Of a stretch of DNA of 64,000 nt, positions 58,387 to 64,000 are shown piece after piece. This stretch comes from a bacterium (GTDB lineage Bacteria; Patescibacteriota; Patescibacteriia; Patescibacteriales; UBA12465). The translations under genes and the position numbers were made by a program. How positions within the stretch are numbered: position 1 is the first letter of the stretch; every line of letters starts with the position of its first letter. The stretch spans positions 17,630 to 81,629 of the forward strand of contig DAONYH010000003.1 of the NCBI GenBank assembly GCA_035414245.1, written 5' to 3'. Below the pieces are notes generated by a model, which did no database searches, was not told the DNA's origin, and saw only the letters and a list, made by a program, of their open reading frames with translations.

Positions 58387-58441
58387 TTTGCCGCCCTTAA
58401 ACGCTAGACAACCCCTCTAATTGCTAAGGGCGTGTTGTTGT

Positions 58442-58515
58442 GCGCTCGTAGCTCAACTGGATAGAGTACTTGGCTTCGGACCAAGGGGTTGCAGGTTCGA
58501 GTCCTGCCGGGCGCA
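58442..58515 (+). tRNA. tRNA-Arg (anticodon TCG)
   Basis: GCGCTCGTAGCTCAACTGGATAGAGTACTTGGCTTCGGACCAAGGGGTTGCAGGTTCGAGTCCTGCCGGGCGCA. Anticodon loop CTTCGGA. Confidence 0.8.
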
Positions 58516-58536
58516 CCTTTTTCATTACAATTATTG

Positions 58537-58610
58537 GGCTGGGTAGCTCAGCTGGTTAGAGCGCGGCACTCATAACGCCGAGGTCGCGGGTTCAATCCCC
58601 GCCCCCGCCA
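58537..58610 (+). tRNA. tRNA-Met (anticodon CAT), elongator-type (tRNA-Ile2/lysidine not excluded)
   Basis: GGCTGGGTAGCTCAGCTGGTTAGAGCGCGGCACTCATAACGCCGAGGTCGCGGGTTCAATCCCCGCCCCCGCCA. Anticodon loop CTCATAA. G1:C72 with a U4/C69 mismatch. Confidence 0.7.
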
Positions 58611-58640
58611 CTTTTTATTTAAAAAATTAAATACCAAACT

Positions 58641-58750
58641 GACTTACGGAAACCGGCTGTAAAAAAATTTTCTGTATTGATTTACGGAAACTGGTGATAA
58701 AGAATTTTCTGTATTGATTTACGGAAACTGTTTATAAAAAAATTTCCGTT
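58641..58750 (+). repeat. Three tandem roughly 37-nt direct repeats between tRNA-Met and tRNA-Lys, each with a TTACGGAAAC core, plus an inverted partial copy
   Basis: Copies of TTTTCTGTATTGATTTACGGAAACTG at 58668-58693 and 58705-58730 (period 37). A degenerate copy GACTTACGGAAACCGG is at 58641. The inverted TTTCCGT at 58744 could pair with the last ACGGAAA. Confidence 0.7.
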
Positions 58751-58756
58751 AGATAG

Positions 58757-58832
58757 GCGCTCATAGCTCAGCTGGTAGAGCAGTTGCCTCTTAAGCAAAC
58801 GGTCGTAGGTTCGAATCCTACTGGGCGCACCA
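58757..58832 (+). tRNA. tRNA-Lys (anticodon CTT), CCA encoded
   Basis: GCGCTCATAGCTCAGCTGGTAGAGCAGTTGCCTCTTAAGCAAACGGTCGTAGGTTCGAATCCTACTGGGCGCACCA. Confidence 0.85.
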
Positions 58833-58834
58833 AG

Positions 58835-58856
58835 AGCAGGCCAAATGCCTGTTTTA
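58835..58856 (+). terminator. Rho-independent terminator after tRNA-Lys
   Basis: agCAGGCcaaatGCCTGtttt. Confidence 0.5.
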
Positions 58857-58872
58857 ATTTGTTAAAATAATT

Positions 58873-59478
58873 ATGATAAATCTTATCATCTTTGGTTCTC
58901 CGGGTGCAGGCAAAGGAACACAAGCCGAGTTAATTGCTGAAAAACATCATCTTTATCATATTTCTTCCGGTGAAATTTTACGAGCCGAATCAAGTTCAAA
59001 AAAATATAAAGAAAGTATTACTAAATTTATTAACCAAGGCTCTTTGGTTCCTGATGATTTAATAATTGGAATTATTGAAAAAAAAGTCAAAGAAAAAATA
59101 AAAGAACCAGGGTTAATTTTTGATGGCTATCCCCGAACCATTAGGCAAGCTTCATCTTTAAATAAATTACTTAAAAAACTAAAATCACCTTTAACAGCAG
59201 TAATTAATCTTCAGCTTGAAGAAGAAGCGGCCGTAGAAAGAATTCTTAGTCGCGGCTTATCCTCGGGACGAAAAGATGATAATTTAAAAGTGATAAAAAA
59301 TAGATTTAAAATTTACGAACAAGAAACCAAACCTTTATTAAAATATTACGCTAAACAAGGAAAACTAATTACTATTGATGGTCGCCCCAGTATCGCTTTA
59401 GTCAATAAAAAAATAAATGCGCTGATTAAAGATTTACAAAAAAATCAAATAAAAACCGAAACAAAAATTAAAAAATAA
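58873..59478 (+). CDS. adk: Adenylate kinase (short, no zinc lid)
   Basis: 201 aa. IIFGSPGAGKGTQAELIAEKHHLYHISSGEILR P-loop and NMP-binding region. Confidence 0.85.
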   Translation: MINLIIFGSPGAGKGTQAELIAEKHHLYHISSGEILRAESSSKKYKESITKFINQGSLVPDDLIIGIIEKKVKEKIKEPGLIFDGYPRTIRQASSLNKLLKKLKSPLTAVINLQLEEEAAVERILSRGLSSGRKDDNLKVIKNRFKIYEQETKPLLKYYAKQGKLITIDGRPSIALVNKKINALIKDLQKNQIKTETKIKK

Positions 59479-59494
59479 ATTATTAGAAATAAAA

Positions 59495-59530
59495 AAAATC
59501 GGACCTAAACTACAGGCCCGATTTTTTATT
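59495..59530 (+). terminator. Rho-independent terminator after adk
   Basis: aaaaaaaATCGGACCtaaactacaGGCCCGATtttttatt. Confidence 0.6.
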
Positions 59531-59655
59531 GAATTAATTATACTTGCTTTATTGAAGCAATTATTTTCCCGAAGCAATCAACCAAACAACCAAGGCGACT
59601 ACAAATAATGACAATTGCAACTGATGACAATCACAACTGATGACATCGCATTCAG

Positions 59656-60717
59656 CTATTTATCCTCTTTCGCTTGTTCAACTTCCTTGCTTTTGATTTC
59701 CGCTAAAATTGCTTTTCTAATCTCAGCCATTAATTTTTTATCATCTTTTATTGTCTTTTTAGCCACTTCTCGTCCAGTACCTAACTTAATCTCACCAAAA
59801 GAATAGGAATTGCCACTCTTTTTAATTACGCCATATTCGGTTCCTAAATCAACCAAATCACCGGCCACTGAAATACCTTCGTTATACATAATATCAAATT
59901 CACAGGTTTTGAAAGGAGCAGCTACTTTATTTTTTACAATCTTAACTTTAACGCGATTACCAATTATTTTGTCACCCTGTTTAATCTGTGCGGCGCGTCT
60001 CACTTCAACGCGCACTGAGCAATAAAACTTCAAAGCATTACCGCCGGTAGTAGTTTCAGGATTACCGAAGAAAACACCAATTTTATTTCTAATTTGGTTA
60101 ATAAAAATAACCACGGTTTTAGTTTTGGCAATGATGGCGGTTAATTTTCTTAAAGCCTGACTCATTAGTCGCGCTTGTAGACCCATGTGTTGGTCGCCCA
60201 TATCACCTTCAATTTCTTTTTGTGGTACTAAAGCAGCCACACTATCAACCACAATTACATCTACGGCATTGGAGCGAACCAAAGTCTCAACAATTTCCAG
60301 TGCTTGTTCACCACTGTCTGGTTGTGAGAGCAACATCTCTTTGACATTGACTCCAATTTTAGCCGCGTAATCCGGATCAAGAGCATGCTCTGCGTCAACG
60401 AAGGCGGCAATCCCACCAGTTTTTTGTACTTCAGCTACAATGTGTTGTGCCAAAGTAGTTTTACCGGAGGATTCAGGCCCATAAATTTCAATAATTCTTC
60501 CCCGAGGCACGCCACCAATCCCAAACGCGATATCCAAAGACAAACAACCAGTAGAAATAGTATCCACATTAGTTTTACGCGCTTCACCAAAACGCATAAT
60601 AGCTCCTTCGCCAAATTTATTTTTTATTTGTTCAATGGCGCTTAAAGCAGCGGCTTGCTTACTGCTAATATCTTCGCCCTTCTCGCTTAGGGTTTTCTTT
60701 GTTTTTTCTTTAGCCAT
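59656..60717 (-). CDS. recA: Recombinase RecA
   Basis: 353 aa. [23 protein letters not shown] (Walker A), VVDSVAAL, and L1/L2 loop regions. Confidence 0.9.
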   Translation of the reverse strand: MAKEKTKKTLSEKGEDISSKQAAALSAIEQIKNKFGEGAIMRFGEARKTNVDTISTGCLSLDIAFGIGGVPRGRIIEIYGPESSGKTTLAQHIVAEVQKTGGIAAFVDAEHALDPDYAAKIGVNVKEMLLSQPDSGEQALEIVETLVRSNAVDVIVVDSVAALVPQKEIEGDMGDQHMGLQARLMSQALRKLTAIIAKTKTVVIFINQIRNKIGVFFGNPETTTGGNALKFYCSVRVEVRRAAQIKQGDKIIGNRVKVKIVKNKVAAPFKTCEFDIMYNEGISVAGDLVDLGTEYGVIKKSGNSYSFGEIKLGTGREVAKKTIKDDKKLMAEIRKAILAEIKSKEVEQAKEDK

Positions 60718-60887
60718 AAAATTATTTCTAAAATTATTAATTAATTATTTGATATTACCATTATTCTATATTATCAAGTAACAGCTGAATCTTTTTTAAA
60801 AAAATTATTATCTATTTTTAAATGTCGTTTGATGCTTATCTGCTTAACTTGCGGTCGTTTAATTCAACTTTCTTATTTTTCTCACGT

Positions 60888-61346
60888 TTACTCCTCTTTT
60901 TCATTATTATTTTCTCCTAAACTGCTTTCTCCCGAATTATTTTCTCTTGAACCACTTTCTCTTGAGCTATTTTCTTTTGACTTAGGAAAAAGTCGCCAAG
61001 TTCTTTGCCAAAAAATTCCTTCTGAATTTTCTAATATTAAAGTTAACCCCTCCTCATCTCTTTCAAATCTGATATATTTTTTAAATTTTTCTTTTAAACC
61101 TTGAGGTTTATTATCAATGTTTCCACTCTCAGTAGTAGTTGCCGACTCAGTTACTTCTGAGTGGCTACCAAAAATTTTTTCTCCTTGTTTAACACCCCAA
61201 TCAGCACCACGATACCAAATTGACTGACGAATTTTTTCTCTTCCCTCTTCATTATTACTATAACGATAGCTAACCATCAGCGTTAAAGCAAAAAATAATG
61301 CCAAAAGAATGATGATTACTAGTGGTTTGTTTAAATATTTACTCAT
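60888..61346 (-). CDS. Small membrane-anchored protein with a C-terminal low-complexity Ser/Glu/Asn/Gly repeat region, hypothetical
   Basis: 152 aa. N-terminal anchor KPLVIIILLALFFALTLMV. C-terminus SRESGSRENNSGESSLGENNNEKEE, encoded by about 5 degenerate 15-nt DNA repeats (TTTCTCYNNNNNNNN) at 60900-60990. The opposite-strand ORF looks like an artefact. Confidence 0.4.
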   Translation of the reverse strand: MSKYLNKPLVIIILLALFFALTLMVSYRYSNNEEGREKIRQSIWYRGADWGVKQGEKIFGSHSEVTESATTTESGNIDNKPQGLKEKFKKYIRFERDEEGLTLILENSEGIFWQRTWRLFPKSKENSSRESGSRENNSGESSLGENNNEKEE

Positions 61347-61365
61347 ATTAAACTACCAAAATGGC

Positions 61366-62637
61366 TTACTGCCAAAGTGACTTAGTGGTAAAGGGACGAT
61401 TTTCATTATTAAATAATTTTATTTCTCCGTATTGTCCATCAAACCCGGGTGTAATTAATAAATCTTGATTTCTCATTTTTTCAATTCCCAAAATTATTCT
61501 AGCATCAATTTCTTTTTTTACTGATTCTAAATCTAAATCCAATAAAATATGTAATTCATTGCCAAAATCTCTGATTAAACGTTCATATTCCTGTCTCACT
61601 TTCAAGGCACCGCGGCTTTTAATCCCTAAAGCCTCCTTTATTATTTTATCTAATTCTATCAGCTTTTTAAAGGGAACAGCTTTTTGCGGCTTATATCCTT
61701 CAGGTCGGTCAGCTAAGGACTCAACCCGATTTAAAACTCCGATTACCAAGGGTTTATGGCAAACCGGACAAAGATTATTTAACTTTTTACTTTCTTGAGG
61801 CGCGCAGGAAAAATTACAATCGCGATGGCCATCAAAATGGTACATACCCTCTTCAGGATAAAATTCAATTGTATAAGCTAACCCTTGCTCCACGGTTTGT
61901 TTTTTCTCTTTTATAATCTCATAAATTTGCTCGTAAGTAATTGGCTCAAGCAAATTCATTACTGTTGCTTCGCGACCAATGTTAACCGGGCTATGAGCAT
62001 CTGAACTAGATAAAACTGTTAGTTTATCTAGGGCGGATAAGCGCCAATTCATGGCGGGATCACTAGATAGGCCGGTTTCATAAGCAAAAATATTTTTTGT
62101 TTCTTCTTTAAAACATTCCTCTAAGGTATCAAAGCCAGACTTAGAGCCAAAAACCGCAAACCAAGGTGTCCAAATATGAGCTGGATAAATTAAAAACTGG
62201 GGATGAATATTTAAAAGTAAACGAACAAAATCCGGTGCCTTAATTCCTAAAATCGGTCGCCCGTCTGAACGAATATTATATTTTTTATCTAAAAAATTAT
62301 TTAATTCCCGAGCCGCTTTCAAATTAGGGGCATGAATCACTAAATGGATGCGCCGCGTTTTTTCATTATCTTTATAAATTAAAGCTACTTCGGTAGAAAA
62401 AATAAATTTAACTAAATCATCGGTGGCTGATTTTAATTTGTATAATCCACTACCCGCAAATGTTTCTTCCAGTTCTTGATTAATCGCTCTAAACCAATCC
62501 GGATAAGTAAAATCTCCAGTGGCAATTATGTTAACTCCTTTTTCGCGACAGGTTTTATCAATATTAGCTAAGGTTAACTGCGGCGAACAAGCGCGAGAAT
62601 AAGGAGAGTGAATATGAAGATCCAAAACTTGTTTCAT
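61366..62637 (-). CDS. Endonuclease Q-like protein (PHP-domain nuclease with C-terminal Cys4 zinc ribbon)
   Basis: 423 aa. DLHIHSPYS, GTGDFTYPDW, RRIHLVIHAP, PAHIWTPW, SSSDAHSP, Cys4 CNFSC...CPVCHKP, and C-terminal TPGFDGQYGEIKLF. Motif order and spacing are as in archaeal EndoQ, recalled from memory. Confidence 0.6.
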   Translation of the reverse strand: MKQVLDLHIHSPYSRACSPQLTLANIDKTCREKGVNIIATGDFTYPDWFRAINQELEETFAGSGLYKLKSATDDLVKFIFSTEVALIYKDNEKTRRIHLVIHAPNLKAARELNNFLDKKYNIRSDGRPILGIKAPDFVRLLLNIHPQFLIYPAHIWTPWFAVFGSKSGFDTLEECFKEETKNIFAYETGLSSDPAMNWRLSALDKLTVLSSSDAHSPVNIGREATVMNLLEPITYEQIYEIIKEKKQTVEQGLAYTIEFYPEEGMYHFDGHRDCNFSCAPQESKKLNNLCPVCHKPLVIGVLNRVESLADRPEGYKPQKAVPFKKLIELDKIIKEALGIKSRGALKVRQEYERLIRDFGNELHILLDLDLESVKKEIDARIILGIEKMRNQDLLITPGFDGQYGEIKLFNNENRPFTTKSLWQ

Positions 62638-62659
62638 TTATTTTAAGATTTCATTTATT

Positions 62660-63400
62660 TTAAGAATTGATTAAATTTTCCGCGATTTTTAACTCATCAG
62701 GACTATTAATTCCCATTGCTTCTCGAGGTTCAATAGTCACGGAGCCGACTTTATAGCCCTCTTTAAAAGCAATACCAACCATATCAGTTAAATAAAACTC
62801 TTTGGCTTTATTTTCATTTTTTAATTTATTAATATTGGCAAACAACCAATCTTTATTAAAACACATAAAACCGGGATTAACTTCGGTTATTTGTTTTTCA
62901 ACTTCACTCGCATCCTTGGCTTCAATAATTGCTTTGATTTCTCCTTTTTCATTTCTCACAAAACGTCCCCAGCCATAAAAATTGTGATGCCAGCCAGAAA
63001 AATCCGGTAAAATCGTAGGCATAACTGTAACTGCTTCTGGTTCAAGAGCAGCAAATTTTTTAATTGAATTGGCAGTTAAAAATGGATGGTCGCCATACAA
63101 AACAATAATCTTTTTTGTTTCTGGTTTTATCTTGGGCTGCGCGCAAGAAACAGCATGACCAGTACCTAGTTGTTGGTCTTGAATAGCGTATTCAGCCTTA
63201 TAATTACTTAAAGCTTGTTTGATAATTTCTTTATTTTCCGGTGAAACAATGACAATTGGTTGAGGATCAACCGCTGCTTCTTTAACTTGTTCCATTAAAT
63301 ATTGAATCATGGGCTTACCATTTAAAGGCACCAGCACTTTAGGAATGTCTTGCCCCATGCGCGTTCCCTTGCCAGCTGCTAAAATAACAATTTGTGTCAT
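62660..63400 (-). CDS. Sugar-1-phosphate nucleotidyltransferase (GlmU N-terminal-domain-like / NTP_transferase)
   Basis: 246 aa. IVILAAGKGTRMGQDIPKVLVPLNGKPMIQY is the G-x-G-T-R-(M/L) nucleotidyltransferase signature. There is no left-handed beta-helix acetyltransferase domain. Confidence 0.7.
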   Translation of the reverse strand: MTQIVILAAGKGTRMGQDIPKVLVPLNGKPMIQYLMEQVKEAAVDPQPIVIVSPENKEIIKQALSNYKAEYAIQDQQLGTGHAVSCAQPKIKPETKKIIVLYGDHPFLTANSIKKFAALEPEAVTVMPTILPDFSGWHHNFYGWGRFVRNEKGEIKAIIEAKDASEVEKQITEVNPGFMCFNKDWLFANINKLKNENKAKEFYLTDMVGIAFKEGYKVGSVTIEPREAMGINSPDELKIAENLINS

Positions 63401-63496
63401 ATTAATTTAGTAAAAATAAAAGGAAAATCTCAAAAGAAATTCCCTTATATTTTATCATTTTTTAAATTTTCAAGCAAATCACTTCTTTGACAAAAT

Positions 63497-64000
63497 TTAC
63501 CTTATATAAGCCAAAATTTTGTCTTTTAATGCCTTAACTTGAGCGGCTGCCAAGGCCTGACTTTTAGCTTCAGCATATATTCTAATAATTGGTTCAGTAT
63601 TAGAAGCTCGTAAATGAACCCAGGAATCTTCAAAATCAATTTTCAAACCATCAATCTCGGTAATTTTTTCCGTTTGATAATCATTTTTAATTTTTTCCAA
63701 AATTTCATTTAATTTAATTTTAGTGATTTCAGCGGTTAATTCTATTTTGTCTTTAATCATAAAATATTCCGGCAATGTCTTTCTTAAAGCCGAAGCTTTT
63801 TGTTTTGCTTGCGCTAGGGCGCTTAAAAATAAAGCAGTACCCACTAAAGCATCACGTCCATAATGAAGCGCCGGAAAAATTATTCCACCATTTCCCTCAC
63901 CGCCAATAACCGCCTTAATTTCTTTCATCTTATTAACGACATGCACTTCACCCACAGCCGCGGCTTCGTAATGAGCATTATGCTTGGTGCTAATATCTTT
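63497..64000 (-). CDS. Phosphohexomutase (GlmM/ManB family), C-terminal part. The ORF continues past the window end, so the N-terminus is not in the window.
   Basis: The minus-strand reading frame is open through 64000 (...KDISTKHNAHYEAAAVGEVHVVNKMKEIKAVIGGEGNGGIIFP...). The GGE-x-xG-G loop and C-terminal domain are typical of alpha-D-phosphohexomutases. The ORF track's start at 63955 is a GTG within the longer frame. Confidence 0.55.
   Translation of the reverse strand, partial: KDISTKHNAHYEAAAVGEVHVVNKMKEIKAVIGGEGNGGIIFPALHYGRDALVGTALFLSALAQAKQKASALRKTLPEYFMIKDKIELTAEITKIKLNEILEKIKNDYQTEKITEIDGLKIDFEDSWVHLRASNTEPIIRIYAEAKSQALAAAQVKALKDKILAYIR

Noticed and set aside
58387-58441. Hairpin GCCCTTAaacgctagacaacccctctaattgcTAAGGGC after hup, considered as a terminator
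   Set aside because: The 7-bp stem has a 25-nt loop and no following T-run. It does not look like an intrinsic terminator. It is possibly just a processing structure before tRNA-Arg, and it is too weak to call.
58641-58750. Possible CRISPR array between tRNAs
   Set aside because: There are only three imperfect copies with a 37-nt period. There is no uniform unique spacer, no leader, and no cas genes anywhere in the window. It was kept as a generic tandem repeat instead.
60829-61104. Plus-strand 91-aa ORF overlapping the 60888-61346 gene
   Set aside because: Its S/L/F-rich sequence is the mirror of the minus-strand S/E/N repeat. The minus-strand product has a proper N-terminal signal-anchor, so the plus-strand ORF is taken as the shadow.
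1-64000. Mobile elements, prophage or integrases adjacent to the tRNA loci
   Set aside because: All ORFs next to the three tRNA loci are housekeeping (polA, rpsT, hup, adk). I saw no integrase, transposase, phage-like genes or flanking direct repeats of tRNA 3' ends.

Overview
The window is AT-rich, gene-dense, and almost entirely housekeeping. Gene content and layout fit a small-genome Patescibacteria/CPR-type bacterium. It encodes a PFOR operon plus an ADP-forming acetyl-CoA synthetase, ribosomal proteins S15, S16 and S20 with charged C-terminal tails, no nusA upstream of infB, no rimM before trmD, and compact operons with ATGA overlaps. Confidently recognised genes are leuS (partial), xth, porGDAB, rnhA, recJ, lepA, murJ, rpoB and rpoC, ftsK, glgA, ruvC, yebC, gpmA, polA, murD, holA, rpsT, rpsO, pnp, rpsP, trmD, rbfA, infB, rny, hup, adk and recA. 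There are also ten tRNA genes in three loci (Ala; Ile-Met-Phe-Pro; Arg-Met-Lys). I did not compute GC content. I saw no rRNA, CRISPR array, transposase, integrase or obvious prophage gene. The most unusual locus is the por operon at 3025-7435. Two paralogous pilin-like membrane proteins with a shared conserved hydrophobic module are translationally embedded between and after the PFOR subunits. The second is fused to a Cys-rich M15-type zinc peptidase domain, and a DsbA-like oxidoreductase sits immediately upstream. Other notable points follow. A NYN-domain predicted RNase is inserted between rpsO and pnp, behind a long leader hairpin. An EndoQ-like PHP/zinc-ribbon endonuclease lies next to recA. 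A 493-aa exported orphan protein follows rpoBC. Tandem 37-nt repeats lie between tRNA genes. FtsK carries a roughly 150-aa acidic tail with an in-frame tandem DNA repeat. There is also an alpha-glucan cluster (GH57-like gene plus glgA) with a kinase-like and a pyruvyltransferase-like gene. All calls rest on reading the translations and sequence by eye. No database search was run.
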